32,761 nt of DNA from Nitrosospira sp. (GTDB taxonomy: Bacteria; Pseudomonadota; Gammaproteobacteria; Burkholderiales; Nitrosomonadaceae), in assembly GCA_046716045.1 (NCBI GenBank), contig JBKJYB010000489.1:1-32761 (forward strand), read 5' to 3'. This document shows positions 1-10,803 of the stretch, piece by piece. The notes below the pieces were generated by a model. The model did not search any database. It was not told the DNA's origin and was given only the letters and a program-made list of their open reading frames with translations. Numbering within the stretch: the stretch's first letter is position 1; each line of letters opens with the position of its first letter. The translations under genes were made by a program, and so were the position numbers.

Positions 1-71
1 CGCCCGCTTCCTCGCAGTCAAAATAAGCCGCCGCTATATTACTGAATCATTACATACCCACAACCCCGTGA

Positions 72-100
72 AGACTATCCCCGAAGATGCGCCAAGTCAA
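72..100 (-). promoter_or_regulatory. Putative sigma70 promoter reading leftwards out of the window
   Basis: Minus strand TTGACT (100-95), 17-nt spacer, TAGTCT (77-72). The target gene lies outside the window. Confidence 0.45.
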
Positions 101-399
101 GCAGTTTGTCGGACAAACAGGGGGTAAAACGAGTCGATTACACTGATACGCATATCCCCCTGAATCGCCCTGAATTCGCCCTTGGAGAGCATCAGGCCAA
201 ATTTTGGATAAGATGGAACAGGCCGGGCAGGACGGTTTTCGAGGGAAGTGGAAAGAACCGTCTATGCGCAGTATCTATCGGTATATATTGCATAATAAAT
301 AGACAGATCTCTTAGCCCCAGTCTTGGGATGGAGTATCGCGATCAGTCTTAAATCATAATTCATGGACAGTTATTGCAAAGGTGTCGCTCAATCAAAGC

Positions 400-1236
400 T
401 CACCACCGGGACAATATTCCGTCCAGTTGTTCCAGGCTGTTGTAATGGATTACCACGCTTCCTTTGCCCTTTTTTCCTGGATTTATGACTACCTGCGCAC
501 CCAGTTTCGCCGAAATGTTCTCCTGCAAGCGCAGTAAGTCGCGGTCGCGTTTGGGATGCTGTTTTACTACTGGGCGCTCCATCCGGTGCACCAGCCTTTC
601 GGTCTCACGTACTGAAAGCTGTTTGTGCACTACCAGATTTGCGGTTTCTATTTGCTTGACCGCGGGCAGGGCGAGTAACGCGCGGCCGTGTCCCATATCG
701 ATTTTCCCCTGCATCAGCAATTCCTGTACGGGGGGAAGCAGATTAAGCAACCGCAAAAGATTGGAAACAGCGCTGCGTGAACTGCCCAATGCCTGACTGG
801 CAGCTTGGTGGGTCATGCCAAACTCTTTGATAAGCCGCTGAATACCCATCGCTTCTTCCAACGGGTTTAGATTTTCGCGCTGAATGTTCTCGATCAGCGA
901 CATCGCCAGTGCGGCTTCATCCGGCACTTCGCGGACCAGCGCGGGAACTTCCGGGAGCCCCGCGATTTGCGCCGCCCGCCAGCGCCGCTCTCCGGCTATG
1001 ATTTCGTAACATCCAGGAGAAACTGGCCGGACCAGCACCGGTTGCATCACCCCCTGTGCTTTGATGGATTCGGCAAGCTCAGCCAAGGATTCCGGATCCA
1101 TGTGGGTCCGTGGCTGATACTTACCCGGCTGAAGCTGCGATATCTTTAAATTCCGCAGCGACTCTCCGGCCTTTGCGCTATCGTCGTTACCCGCCAACAG
1201 CGCATCCAATCCTCTTCCCAATCCCTTCAATTTCAT
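400..1236 (-). CDS. parB: Chromosome partitioning protein ParB/Spo0J
   Basis: MKLKGLGRGLDALL N-terminus, GKYQPR, IIAGERRWRAA box II, IENIQRENL and an HTH; downstream of parA. Start trimmed to ATG at 1236. Confidence 0.97.
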   Translation of the reverse strand: MKLKGLGRGLDALLAGNDDSAKAGESLRNLKISQLQPGKYQPRTHMDPESLAELAESIKAQGVMQPVLVRPVSPGCYEIIAGERRWRAAQIAGLPEVPALVREVPDEAALAMSLIENIQRENLNPLEEAMGIQRLIKEFGMTHQAASQALGSSRSAVSNLLRLLNLLPPVQELLMQGKIDMGHGRALLALPAVKQIETANLVVHKQLSVRETERLVHRMERPVVKQHPKRDRDLLRLQENISAKLGAQVVINPGKKGKGSVVIHYNSLEQLDGILSRW

Positions 1237-1292
1237 GGTTTTTCTGCCCTGGTCCACATCTTCCATTCTGCTGGTTTCTGTCGAGAATACCG

Positions 1293-2075
1293 TCAAGCCG
1301 GCACGGTGCTGGCCGGATCTCGGTTAAGCATTTCCCCCGCCAGTGCCAGATAAGCTTGTGTACCTTTCGATAATTTGTCGTGATATAGCGCCGGTATACC
1401 GAAGCTCGGTGCTTCGGCCAACCGCACGTTGCGTGGGATAACAGTACGGTAAACCTTGTCACCAAAGTGCTGCTGTAATTGGTCCGATACCTGTTGCGCC
1501 AATATGTTACGCGGGTCAAACATGGTACGCAGCAATCCCTCGATCTCCAGCACCGGATTCAAATTGGCGCGCACTTTTTTTATGGTATTGACGAGATCGC
1601 TGAGTCCCTCCAGTGCGTAGTATTCACATTGCATTGGAATCATCACCGCATAAGCGGCGCACAGACCATTGAGCGTAAGCAGGTTGAGTGCCGGTGGACA
1701 ATCAATAAGGATAAAATCATATTCGCTTACCACCGCCTGCAGAGCTTCTTTCAGGCGCGTTTCCCGCTGGGGCAAATTCACCATCTCTATTTCAGCGCCG
1801 GCCAGATCGCGATTGGCGGGAATCAGATCATATTTGCCGCTGGTGGCAACCACGCGCACGTCCGCGATACGTTGGCTACCCAGCAAAACTTGATAAACCG
1901 TATATTGCAGAGTACGTTTATCCACACCGCTTCCCATGGTAGCGTTACCCTGCGGGTCCAGATCAATCAACAACACACGCCGCTTGGCGGCTGCGAGGCT
2001 CGCGGCCAGGTTAACGCTGGTAGTGGTTTTTCCCACCCCGCCTTTTTGATTGGTTATCGCCAGAATTTTTGCCAC
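1293..2075 (-). CDS. parA: Chromosome partitioning ATPase ParA/Soj
   Basis: Deviant Walker A NQKGGVGKTT, LIDLDPQGNAT, IDCPP, QCEYYALEGL. Likely GTG start at 2075. Confidence 0.97.
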   Translation of the reverse strand: MAKILAITNQKGGVGKTTTSVNLAASLAAAKRRVLLIDLDPQGNATMGSGVDKRTLQYTVYQVLLGSQRIADVRVVATSGKYDLIPANRDLAGAEIEMVNLPQRETRLKEALQAVVSEYDFILIDCPPALNLLTLNGLCAAYAVMIPMQCEYYALEGLSDLVNTIKKVRANLNPVLEIEGLLRTMFDPRNILAQQVSDQLQQHFGDKVYRTVIPRNVRLAEAPSFGIPALYHDKLSKGTQAYLALAGEMLNRDPASTVPA

Positions 2076-2122
2076 CGCGCTGCTCCCAAACACTCAAATA
2101 AATGACACAAAGTACCCTTTAA

Positions 2123-2332
2123 GGCGCCTCTGAATAAGTACCCGATTTCGCCAGCAGGGGCGCGATGATAGCTTCGCAACACGGGTTGCAGTATAAGTGG
2201 GCGCTCACTGCGCCATCCACGTTGACATCGCCTGCTCCGCTACGAGCTGCGTTGCGCCCGTTGTGTATCTTGCGTACCTTGTGACACCCGATTTTACCGG
2301 ACACAATCCACGAGAACTTATTCAGTGGTTCC
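2123..2332. mobile_element. MITE family A, copy A1 (210 bp, IS5-like ends)
   Basis: TIRs GGCGCCTCTGAATAAGT (2123-2139) and GGAACCACTGAATAAGT (rc of 2316-2332), 14/17 identical. Flanked by TTAA on both sides (2119-2122, 2333-2336). No transposase. Confidence 0.8.
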
Positions 2333-2336
2333 TTAA

Positions 2337-2963
2337 CTACCCATGCTTAATCATAACCAGATGCCGCTCTGCCTCAAGGCCGGGAACCGCAACCGGAAAT
2401 ATATTCTCAACAATGAACGATGGCGGCAATTGTGCCAACTCTTCGTGTGGATAAACACCTTTCATCGCGGCGAGCCTGCCTCCACCTTCTGCGGACAGAT
2501 GCCCCGCCAGTTTGACAAAGTCGGTCAGGTCCGAAAAGGCGCGCGAGATTACCATATCGAAGCCATCCGCAGAGCAAAAATTTTCTGCCCGTTCGACTAC
2601 CACCTCGACATTATTCAACTTCAATTCGATACGCGCCTGTTGCAGAAATACGGCTTTTTTATGGTTGCTTTCAAGCAACACCACATGCCAGTCCGGGCGC
2701 GCCAAAGCCAGAGGAATGCCTGGTAAACCCGCGCCACTGCCAACATCCACAATACGTGGTCCGGTAATGTGTGACAGGATCGCAAGACTGTCAAACAAAT
2801 GACGGACCAATATTGTTTCCGGTTCGCGCATCGCCGTCAGATTATGCACCCGGTTCCACTTTCTGATTAACGCAAGATACTGCAACAAGTGAATTTGAGT
2901 GTCATCCGGGAGCGCCAACCCTAATACCGCGATTCCATCAGCGAGCCGCGCCGCCAGATTCAT
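2337..2963 (-). CDS. rsmG: 16S rRNA m7G527 methyltransferase
   Basis: [32 protein letters not shown] motif, SRAF; overlaps the mnmG stop. Confidence 0.97.
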   Translation of the reverse strand: MNLAARLADGIAVLGLALPDDTQIHLLQYLALIRKWNRVHNLTAMREPETILVRHLFDSLAILSHITGPRIVDVGSGAGLPGIPLALARPDWHVVLLESNHKKAVFLQQARIELKLNNVEVVVERAENFCSADGFDMVISRAFSDLTDFVKLAGHLSAEGGGRLAAMKGVYPHEELAQLPPSFIVENIFPVAVPGLEAERHLVMIKHG

Positions 2964-4864
2964 GCGCTTTTCTTTTTATTCTGACTGGAGAAACCACGTC
3001 TCACGTGTACCAGCAATAACGAAATCGCCGCGGGTGTTATGCCGGAAATCCGCGCCGCCTGTCCCGCGGTTTCCGGTTTGTGTTGATTTAATTTTTGCTG
3101 TGCCTCGCTGGAAAGACCGCGTACCGTGGCATAATCGAGATCCTGCGGCAAACGAATTTCCTCGTAGTGCGCATTGCGCGCCACTTCGTCCTTCTGGCGC
3201 TCAATGTAACCGTGATACCTGGCCTGGATTTCAACTTGCTCCGCCACCAGTGGATCACCGACCGCCTCACCCGCTCCAGGCAAGGTCATGAGACTTGCAT
3301 AGGACACGTCGGGACGGCGCAGCAATTCATTCAACGAATAATCACGCTCGATGGTTTTTCCCAGTACTCGCAGCATATCTGCCTCTGGCAGGGTATTCGA
3401 ATTCGGGCCCAGCCAGGTGGCTTTCAATCTGTCTTGCTCGCGAACAATGGCTTCTCGTTTGGTATCGAATGCGGACCAACGCGCGTCATCCACCACGCCG
3501 AGCCTACGCCCCATTTCGGTCAGGCGCAAATCCGCATTGTCTTCACGCAGCTGCAAACGATATTCGGCGCGACTGGTGAACATGCGATAAGGTTCGGTAA
3601 CGCCACGAGTGATGAGGTCATCCACCAGAACACCAAGATAAGCTTCATCGCGCCGCGGACACCATGCATCCCGATCCAGCGTTTTGAGCGCCGCATTGAT
3701 ACCCGCCAGCAAGCCTTGCGCGGCAGCCTCTTCGTAACCGGTGGTGCCATTGATCTGTCCAGCGAAAAACAGCCCCTCGATTGCCTTGGTTTCAAGCGAG
3801 CTTTTCAATCCGCGCGGATCAAAATAATCGTATTCGATAGCATATCCGGGGCGCGTGATATGGGCTTTTTCCATGCCCTTGATAGAACGCACCAATTCAA
3901 TCTGCAGGTCAAATGGCAAACTGGTTGATATCCCGTTAGGATATATCTCGTGAGTGCCGAGACCTTCCGGTTCCAGAAAGATTTGATGTGATTCCTTGGA
4001 GGAAAATCGCACCACTTTATCCTCGATGGAAGGGCAATAACGCGGCCCCACTCCTTCGATAACACCTGTGAACAGCGGCGAACGGTCCAGGCCGCCGCGA
4101 ATAATGTCATGGGTGCGACTATTCGTATGCGTGATCCAGCACGGCAATTGACACGGATGCTGAGCGGCGCTGCCCATAAACGAAAAAACCGGCGTGGGAG
4201 TATCGCTGAGTTGTTCAGTCATTACCGAATAATCAATGGTGCGTCCATCTATGCGCGGAGGTGTGCCGGTCTTTAACCGTCCGGCTAGCAGCTTCATCTC
4301 GCGCAAGCGGATAGCAAGGTCGATGGATGGCGGATCGCCGGCCCTGCCCGCCTGAAAATTGGTTGATCCGACGTGTGCCAACCCGCCGAGAAACGTGCCG
4401 GCGGTCAACACCACGGCCCGCGCAGAAAATGTTATCCCTAACTGGGTAACCACCCCCGTAATCCGATCATCCTCAAGCGTGAGGTCGTCCACCGCTTGCT
4501 GAAACAGCCAAAGGTTAGGCTGGTTTTCCAGGCGCCGCCGAATCGCCTGACGATAGAGAGCGCGATCAGCCTGAACACGCGTTGCGCGAACCGCCGGCCC
4601 CTTGCTTGAATTGAGTATGCGAAACTGGATGCCGGCCTCGTCGGCGGCTGCCGCCATCGCGCCGCCCAATGCGTCCACCTCCTTAACCAGATGTCCCTTG
4701 CCGATGCCTCCTATCGAGGGATTGCATGACATCTGCCCCAGCGTTTCGATATTATGCGAAAGCAGCAGTGTTTTTTGCCCCATGCGCGCAGCCGCAAGCG
4801 CCGCCTCGGTGCCCGCATGCCCGCCGCCCACCACGATTACATCGAAATTTTCAGAAGAAATCAT
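2960..4864 (-). CDS. mnmG: tRNA uridine-5-carboxymethylaminomethyl modification enzyme MnmG/GidA
   Basis: [17 protein letters not shown] motif, [45 protein letters not shown]. Confidence 0.98.
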   Translation of the reverse strand: MISSENFDVIVVGGGHAGTEAALAAARMGQKTLLLSHNIETLGQMSCNPSIGGIGKGHLVKEVDALGGAMAAAADEAGIQFRILNSSKGPAVRATRVQADRALYRQAIRRRLENQPNLWLFQQAVDDLTLEDDRITGVVTQLGITFSARAVVLTAGTFLGGLAHVGSTNFQAGRAGDPPSIDLAIRLREMKLLAGRLKTGTPPRIDGRTIDYSVMTEQLSDTPTPVFSFMGSAAQHPCQLPCWITHTNSRTHDIIRGGLDRSPLFTGVIEGVGPRYCPSIEDKVVRFSSKESHQIFLEPEGLGTHEIYPNGISTSLPFDLQIELVRSIKGMEKAHITRPGYAIEYDYFDPRGLKSSLETKAIEGLFFAGQINGTTGYEEAAAQGLLAGINAALKTLDRDAWCPRRDEAYLGVLVDDLITRGVTEPYRMFTSRAEYRLQLREDNADLRLTEMGRRLGVVDDARWSAFDTKREAIVREQDRLKATWLGPNSNTLPEADMLRVLGKTIERDYSLNELLRRPDVSYASLMTLPGAGEAVGDPLVAEQVEIQARYHGYIERQKDEVARNAHYEEIRLPQDLDYATVRGLSSEAQQKLNQHKPETAGQAARISGITPAAISLLLVHVRRGFSSQNKKKSA

Positions 4865-5023
4865 TTGAAATTGCTGCTTGTTGCCGCTATCACTACGTGA
4901 GTGGCGGCCTGAGGGAAAAAAGCATTCTACGGCAAAATGGAGGGTTGTGTAAGAGTCTGTCCTCCCGCCATATCAGAAAAATGCCGAGCACTTCTCCTAT
5001 AAGCCGGCTCGGCAACGGCGTAA

Positions 5024-5039
5024 TGTTTCACGTGAAACA
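5024..5039. promoter_or_regulatory. parS centromere site
   Basis: Perfect 16-bp palindrome TGTTTCACGTGAAACA, matching the canonical parS consensus, between mnmE and mnmG. Confidence 0.95.
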
Positions 5040-5092
5040 ACGCAGCAAATGCAGCATGCGGCTTGCGTGTCACCAAACCGGCGGGACAGACG

Positions 5093-6448
5093 CTACTTGC
5101 CAATGCAAAAGCGGGAAAATATTTCACCCAGCAAGTCTTCCGCACCGAATTCGCCGGTGATGGACGACAGGGCACGCTGCGCAATCCGTAGCTCTTCAGC
5201 CAGTAAATCCAGTTGAATCCCTTGCCCGACGAGCTCTGCCGCGTTCCGCAGATATTCCCTGGCTTCTGTCAGCGCCTTCAGGTGGCGGTGACGCGCCATG
5301 AATATGCCTTCCCCCAGCGAATGCGGCTGCCAACCGGCTATTTCCAGCAACTTCCGGCGAAGCAAATCGATCCCAGCTCCGGTCTTAGCCGAAAGGTAAA
5401 TCGCTGGTCTGCCTTCCCTATCTTCGATTTGCGGAACCCCATCCAGCAAATCTATCTTGTTATATATACGGACTAACGGCAATTTAGCGGGAAGACTGTC
5501 GACTATTTCCCGATCTGCTAGCGCCGCCTCCAAACAACTGTCTATCAGCAACAATGCCAGATTGGCTTTCTCGATCGCAGAACGCGTACGAGCAATGCCT
5601 ATTTTTTCAACTGGGTCATCCGTTTCCCGCAGCCCGGCTGTATCGATCAAATGAAGCGGAACACCCTCAATCTCAATCGTTTGGTAAATAGCATCGCGCG
5701 TGGTGCCAGGTATTTCAGTAACAATAGCCGCGTCCTTCCCAGCCAATTGGTTCATCAAACTGGATTTGCCGACATTGGGTCGCCCAATCAGAATGATACT
5801 TACGCCTTCGCGCAACAAGCTGCCTTGCCTGGCTGATGTAAGTATATCTTCTAGTTGTGACTGAAGGGTTTTTAGCTTGCCATAAACATTTGCCTGTTGC
5901 AGGACAACCGTTTCTTCCTCCGGAAAATCCAGCGTTGCCTCGACCAGCATGCGCAGGTCAATAAGCGCTTGCACCAGAATATGTATGGCTGTAGAAAACT
6001 CCCCTTGCAGCGAGCGCATGGCACAACGCGCTGCCTCGCCGGTACTGGCATCGATAACGTCGGCAACACTTTCCGCCTGAGCAAGATCCAGCTTGCCATT
6101 AAGAAAAGCGCGTAAAGTAAACTCCCCCGGTCGTGCTAACCGGGCACCCGCCGAAAGACAACGGGACAACAATAAATTCATTACCGCCGGACCACCGTGA
6201 CCCTGCAATTCCAGAACATCTTCACCAGTATATGAATGCGGAGAGGGAAAATAAAGCGCAATGCCCTGATCTATGGCCGCGCCAGTTTCATCGAGAAATT
6301 TGCTGAGTGTGGCATGACGCGGCTTCGGAATACACCCGAGGACCCTTAGTGCCAGAGGTTGCAGAGTTTTACCGGAAACCCGCACCACACCGATCCCACC
6401 GCGTCCCGGCGGGGTAGCGTTGGCAGCAATGATGTCAGTACTTCCCAT
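5093..6448 (-). CDS. mnmE: tRNA modification GTPase MnmE/TrmE
   Basis: [25 protein letters not shown] and the C-terminal FSRFCIGK. Confidence 0.98.
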   Translation of the reverse strand: MGSTDIIAANATPPGRGGIGVVRVSGKTLQPLALRVLGCIPKPRHATLSKFLDETGAAIDQGIALYFPSPHSYTGEDVLELQGHGGPAVMNLLLSRCLSAGARLARPGEFTLRAFLNGKLDLAQAESVADVIDASTGEAARCAMRSLQGEFSTAIHILVQALIDLRMLVEATLDFPEEETVVLQQANVYGKLKTLQSQLEDILTSARQGSLLREGVSIILIGRPNVGKSSLMNQLAGKDAAIVTEIPGTTRDAIYQTIEIEGVPLHLIDTAGLRETDDPVEKIGIARTRSAIEKANLALLLIDSCLEAALADREIVDSLPAKLPLVRIYNKIDLLDGVPQIEDREGRPAIYLSAKTGAGIDLLRRKLLEIAGWQPHSLGEGIFMARHRHLKALTEAREYLRNAAELVGQGIQLDLLAEELRIAQRALSSITGEFGAEDLLGEIFSRFCIGK

Positions 6449-6542
6449 TCAGGCGAATCGCACCGAGAAGAGGTCCGTCACACGCAAGTATCTGGACGGT
6501 TAGCGGTTCAAAGTCGGATGAATTGCAGTATTTTCAGCCAAC

Positions 6543-8249
6543 TCACTTCTTCTTGACTGCGGGTACATTATTGGACTTGGCAGCGGCACGTTCAATCATG
6601 CGCGTGATTTGCCATTGCTGCGCGATAGAAAGTACGTTATTCACCAACGAGTACAGTACCAGTCCGGCGGGGAAGAAGAAAAAGAAAACGCTGAAAGCAA
6701 TGGGCATGATCTGCATCACCTTGGCTTGAATCGGATCCGTAGCTTGAGGGCTGAGCTTTGATTGGACAAACATGGAAATTCCCATGATGACGGGTAGCAC
6801 ATAATAGGGATCAGGCGACGACATATCTTCTATCCACAGCGCAAACGGTGCGTAACGCAGCTCCACGCTGGCAAGCAATACCCAGTAAAGCGAGATAAAC
6901 ACCGGAATCTGAACCAGAATGGGCAAGCAACCTCCCATCGGATTGATTTTTTCCGTCTTGTAAAAGTCCATCATCGCCTGGTGCATGCGCTGGCGGTCGT
7001 TTCCGTGCTGTTCGCGCAAGCGCTGCAACTTGGGCGTCACAACCCGCAATTTCGCCATCGATCGATAACCTGCCGCGGACAAGTGAAAGAATGCCAGTTT
7101 GACCGACATGGTGAGAAGAATAATCGCAACGCCCCAGTTTCCGGTCCATGAATGATAAAATGACAATAACCAGAAAAGAGGCGCTCCAATCACGGTCAAC
7201 CAGCCATAATCCACCGTAAGATCCAGTCCCGGTGCGACAGCCGCGAGCTTGCTCTGTTCCTCGGGACCTGCATAAAGGGGTACGGTAATGGTCGCAGTAT
7301 TCCCTGGTTCAATCTGCCCCACAGGCACAATCACCCCAGCGGTATATTCGTTTTCGCCCAGGCGCTTCGCATAATATTCGCGCGGCGACTTGTCTTTTGG
7401 CAGCCACGCGGTGAGAAAGTAATGCTGGAGCATTGCAATCCAGCCGTTATCGGCGTTTTTAGGGTAACTTGCGTTGCCTTTATCGAGAGCCGAAAACTCG
7501 ATCTTCTTGAATTTCTCCTCTTCGGTGTAAAGCGCCGCGCCGGTGTAGGTCGGAATCATGAAAACCGACCCAACGGGGGGTTTGCTGTCGCGCAGCATCT
7601 GGAAGTACGAGAACGGCTGAATCATCGCTGTTCCCTGATTGGCAACTTCAAAACTCACGTCGATGAGATAGCTACCGCGATGAAACGTATAAATCTTGGT
7701 TACCCGCACTCCGTCCGTCTCGGGCGCCACGAGCCGCACCTCGATTTTGTCCTGGCCTCCCGCCAAATTATAGGTGTGTGCCTCCGCCGTATAACGCGTC
7801 TTATGACTGGGTAAACCCTCTCCGATCAGCCCTGATTGCGCCACATAAATGTGGTCATATTGGCTTTGCAACAATGCTATAGGCTTGTTCTTATCTTCCT
7901 TATCCGGATGATCCAATAGCTCTAGCTGGCGTAAATCACCCCCAGCGGTATCAATTTCCGCTACCACCAGGTCGGTCTTGACCACGATTTTTTCCCCCGA
8001 CTCCAGTTTGCCAGAAGTTCTCACCTCGCCGGCGCTCTCCGCAGAGGGCTCACTCTTGCCGGGCTGTGTCGAAACAAGTTTCTCCCCCGGAACCGGGGTG
8101 TCTTCCTGACGGCGGACAGATGACTCGCCCGGTCCCTGAGTTGCAACCGCTGCCGGGGGGGGTGGATTCTGTTCTTTCTGCCATGCGTCCCAGAGGAACA
8201 ACATGGAGGTGGAGAAAATCAGGAAAAGTACAAATTTTTGTGTGTCCAT
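6543..8249 (-). CDS. yidC: Membrane protein insertase YidC
   Basis: N-terminal TM, periplasmic domain, VDYGWL, GNWGVAII, NPMGGCLP, PAGLVLY. Start set at MDTQK. Confidence 0.97.
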   Translation of the reverse strand: MDTQKFVLFLIFSTSMLFLWDAWQKEQNPPPPAAVATQGPGESSVRRQEDTPVPGEKLVSTQPGKSEPSAESAGEVRTSGKLESGEKIVVKTDLVVAEIDTAGGDLRQLELLDHPDKEDKNKPIALLQSQYDHIYVAQSGLIGEGLPSHKTRYTAEAHTYNLAGGQDKIEVRLVAPETDGVRVTKIYTFHRGSYLIDVSFEVANQGTAMIQPFSYFQMLRDSKPPVGSVFMIPTYTGAALYTEEEKFKKIEFSALDKGNASYPKNADNGWIAMLQHYFLTAWLPKDKSPREYYAKRLGENEYTAGVIVPVGQIEPGNTATITVPLYAGPEEQSKLAAVAPGLDLTVDYGWLTVIGAPLFWLLSFYHSWTGNWGVAIILLTMSVKLAFFHLSAAGYRSMAKLRVVTPKLQRLREQHGNDRQRMHQAMMDFYKTEKINPMGGCLPILVQIPVFISLYWVLLASVELRYAPFALWIEDMSSPDPYYVLPVIMGISMFVQSKLSPQATDPIQAKVMQIMPIAFSVFFFFFPAGLVLYSLVNNVLSIAQQWQITRMIERAAAKSNNVPAVKKK

Positions 8250-8320
8250 CTTGCTTCGCAATTTTATTTTTTTATAATACGCATAAACTGTACCGGAAAT
8301 AATTCAGGCCAGACAAATTC

Positions 8321-8530
8321 TTATGGAACCGGGTCATATCCGCCGCGACCCCAAGGATTGCACCGCAATATTCTCCATACGCTGAGGCGTATCCCGCGCA
8401 GCAATCCATGCCTGGCCAGCGCCTCACATGCGTAGTGTGAACAAGATGGGCTGAAGCGGCACGACGGCCCAAGGAACGGACTCAGGCAATATTGATAGAG
8501 CTTGATAAAGCCAATAATTATCCGCGACAT
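8321..8530 (-). CDS. yidD: Membrane protein insertion efficiency factor YidD
   Basis: YQYCLSP, CRFSPSCSHY, RILRCNPW, GGYDPVP. Start at MSRII (8530). Confidence 0.95.
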   Translation of the reverse strand: MSRIIIGFIKLYQYCLSPFLGPSCRFSPSCSHYACEALARHGLLRGIRLSVWRILRCNPWGRGGYDPVP

Positions 8531-8880
8531 CGCTGTAATTGAATCATCAGCATTTCCGCTTCTCCCGTCATCCGTACAACATTGCTTTGGGAAACGCGGC
8601 AACGCAAACGTACCACCAGATCCAGCCCAGCCAATTCTCGCTGCCGTGTGCGAAATATCTCTCGCAACAGACGTTTTACCCTATTTCGGTTTACCGCCAG
8701 CCGCTCGATCTTGCCGGCGATTATCAATCCCAATCGTGAATGCACAAGATTATTGGGCTTAGCAAAAACTTGAAGAAATTCGCTACTGGCTGAACATCTA
8801 AACCGGATTACCGAGGTGAATTCTTCCGCCTGGTGCAGCCGGTGACTTTTCGGAAAACGAATAATACAGCTCCTCGACAA
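8518..8880 (-). CDS. rnpA: Ribonuclease P protein component
   Basis: FPKSHRL, RLGLII, AVNRNRVKRLLRE (RNR motif). The TTG start at 8880 is inferred; the longer track ORF overlaps rpmH. Confidence 0.9.
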   Translation of the reverse strand: MSRSCIIRFPKSHRLHQAEEFTSVIRFRCSASSEFLQVFAKPNNLVHSRLGLIIAGKIERLAVNRNRVKRLLREIFRTRQRELAGLDLVVRLRCRVSQSNVVRMTGEAEMLMIQLQRCRG

Positions 8881-8903
8881 TGGATTTCTGCAATTGGCTA
8901 AAT

Positions 8904-9038
8904 CTATACCCCCAAACGGACACGTCCCTTGGCGCGACGGGCCCGGATAACAGCTGCGCCACCAGCGGTTTTCATGCGAACCCGAAAACCATGTGTTCGC
9001 TTTCTCCGAGTTACGGACGGTTGGTAAGTACGTTTCAT
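8904..9038 (-). CDS. rpmH: 50S ribosomal protein L34 (44 aa, not in ORF track)
   Basis: Manual translation [44 protein letters not shown]. Confidence 0.97.
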   Translation of the reverse strand: MKRTYQPSVTRRKRTHGFRVRMKTAGGAAVIRARRAKGRVRLGV

Positions 9039-9079
9039 TGTTTCCCCTTTTCCCTTGAGACCGATAAGTAAAACCTCGC

Positions 9080-9109
9080 ATTACAACTCTTTGCAGAGGT
9101 TGGTGTCAA
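9080..9109 (-). promoter_or_regulatory. Putative sigma70 promoter of rpmH operon
   Basis: Minus strand TTGACA (9109-9104), 18-nt spacer, TGTAAT (9085-9080). Confidence 0.6.
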
Positions 9110-9129
9110 CCTATATTTTTTCCCGGCCC

Positions 9130-9160
9130 TGTGGATAACTGGGTGGGAAGCGTCTAGAAT
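9130..9160 (+). promoter_or_regulatory. dnaA promoter with perfect DnaA box over the -35 region
   Basis: TGTGGATAA (9130-9138, rc TTATCCACA); -35-like TGGATA at 9132-9137, 17-nt spacer, TAGAAT at 9155-9160. Confidence 0.75.
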
Positions 9161-9227
9161 AAGATACTCAACGCCGCTCCCGAATTCCGTTTTTTTCCCG
9201 TTTACGCACTTTTAGATCACGCCGGCA

Positions 9228-10601
9228 ATGCACAATTTTTGGCTTTCCTGTCTCGGATATTTTGAAAAAGAATTGAGTGCCCAGCAATTCAATACCTGGA
9301 TTAAACCACTCCACCTGGACTTGTCACATAGTGCCGACGAACCGATCCTCGTCGCTCCCAACCGGTTTGTCATGCAATGGATCAAAGACCATTTTCTATC
9401 GCGTATCGAACAAATGGCCGAAAAGCATTTTTCGCGCAGCATACATTTTCAATTAAAACTCGCTAATCAGGATTCCACGAAGGAAACCGCTCCAGCGGCG
9501 AATAACGCTATGGTTACGCCAATCCCGACTGCTTTCGACGCGCCCGTGCGTTTAACTCCAAAAACCTCAAAGGAAAAAAATCCGAGCCGCCTCAATCCTT
9601 CTTTCACCTTCAATAGTTTCGTCACGGGAAAAGCCAATCAACTGGCTCGCGCCGGCGCTATCCAGGTTGCAGAACGCCCGGGTGTCGCATACAACCCATT
9701 TTTTATCTACGGCGGCGTGGGTTTGGGAAAAACCCATCTTATTCAAGCTATCGGTAATTCCGTGCTGGAGCACAACAGCACCGCCAAGGTTAGATACATT
9801 CACGCGGAACAATACGTTTCTGATGTAGTAAGGGCTTACCAACATAAAGCATTCGATGATTTCAAGCGGTACTATCATTCCCTGGATCTCCTGCTGATAG
9901 ACGACATCCAGTTTTTTGGCGGCAAGAACCGGACACAGGAAGAATTTTTTTATGCCTTTAACGCACTAATCGAGGCACATAAACAAGTCATTATCACTTG
10001 TGATTCTTACCCGAAGGAAATCTCCGGTATGGAAGAAAGGTTAATTTCCCGCTTTGGCTGGGGCTTGACAGTAGCGGTTGAACCGCCAGAACTGGAATTG
10101 CGCGTTGCCATTTTGCTTAAAAAGGCACTGATGGAAAAAATCGTTCTGGACGAAAACGTCGCCTTTTTCATAGCCAAACATATTCGATCCAATGTACGTG
10201 AACTGGAGGGTGCGTTGAAGCGGGTACTTGCTTATTCCCGCTTCACGGGTCATTCGTTATCACTGGATTTGGCGCGGGAGGCGCTAAAGGATTTGCTGGC
10301 GGTGCAAAATCGTCAGATCTCCATCGAAAATATCCAAAAAACCGTGGCGGACTACTATAAAATCAAGGTTGCCGAAATGTATTCCAAAAAACGTTCGCGC
10401 ATCGTTGCAAGACCCCGGCAAATGGCAATGGCCATATCCAAAGAACTAACTCCTCTGAGTTTGCCAGACATCGGTGAAGCTTTTGGAGGCAGAGATCATA
10501 CGACGGTACTGCACGGTTATCGGAAAATTGCCGAGTTACGGGCTTCTGATCCATCGATTAACCGGGACTTCAATACCTTATTACATATTCTTCGCGGCTG
10601 A
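9228..10601 (+). CDS. dnaA: Chromosomal replication initiator DnaA
   Basis: [36 protein letters not shown]. Confidence 0.99.
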   Translation: MHNFWLSCLGYFEKELSAQQFNTWIKPLHLDLSHSADEPILVAPNRFVMQWIKDHFLSRIEQMAEKHFSRSIHFQLKLANQDSTKETAPAANNAMVTPIPTAFDAPVRLTPKTSKEKNPSRLNPSFTFNSFVTGKANQLARAGAIQVAERPGVAYNPFFIYGGVGLGKTHLIQAIGNSVLEHNSTAKVRYIHAEQYVSDVVRAYQHKAFDDFKRYYHSLDLLLIDDIQFFGGKNRTQEEFFYAFNALIEAHKQVIITCDSYPKEISGMEERLISRFGWGLTVAVEPPELELRVAILLKKALMEKIVLDENVAFFIAKHIRSNVRELEGALKRVLAYSRFTGHSLSLDLAREALKDLLAVQNRQISIENIQKTVADYYKIKVAEMYSKKRSRIVARPRQMAMAISKELTPLSLPDIGEAFGGRDHTTVLHGYRKIAELRASDPSINRDFNTLLHILRG

Positions 10602-10803
10602 ATAACAACAGAACAAAAACAGTATGATTTGGGGATAACTTGCCGTTTGTGCCAAACTCTAATTTGTATCCACAAACCATCCACAGGCAATACTTCCTCG
10701 ATACAGGTAAAAATTAATGAGTAACTCATTAATACCATATGTATTTTATTATTTATACCGGACTTGCCCAACCTTTATTAACGATTATCTGGATTTTAAA
10801 TAA
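10602..10803. other. Putative oriC (dnaA-dnaN spacer)
   Basis: DnaA-box variants TGGGGATAA (10630-10638), GTATCCACA (10666-10674) and CCATCCACA (10677-10685), followed by a very AT-rich tract (about 10708-10803). Confidence 0.75.

Noticed and set aside
106-315. 69-aa ORF
   Set aside because: TTG start, no recognisable motif, and it lies in a promoter-like intergenic region.
371-386. TTATTGCAAAGGTGTC resembling an IS5/IS1106-type end
   Set aside because: No partner inverted repeat or target duplication was found nearby.
3095-3928. Long antisense ORFs (also 1479-2105, 15587-16252, 27751-28458, 30465-31049)
   Set aside because: Shadow frames opposite conserved housekeeping genes, explained by codon bias.
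8881-9081. N-terminal extension of the rnpA ORF in the track
   Set aside because: Overlaps rpmH in another frame; an artefact of longest-ORF calling.
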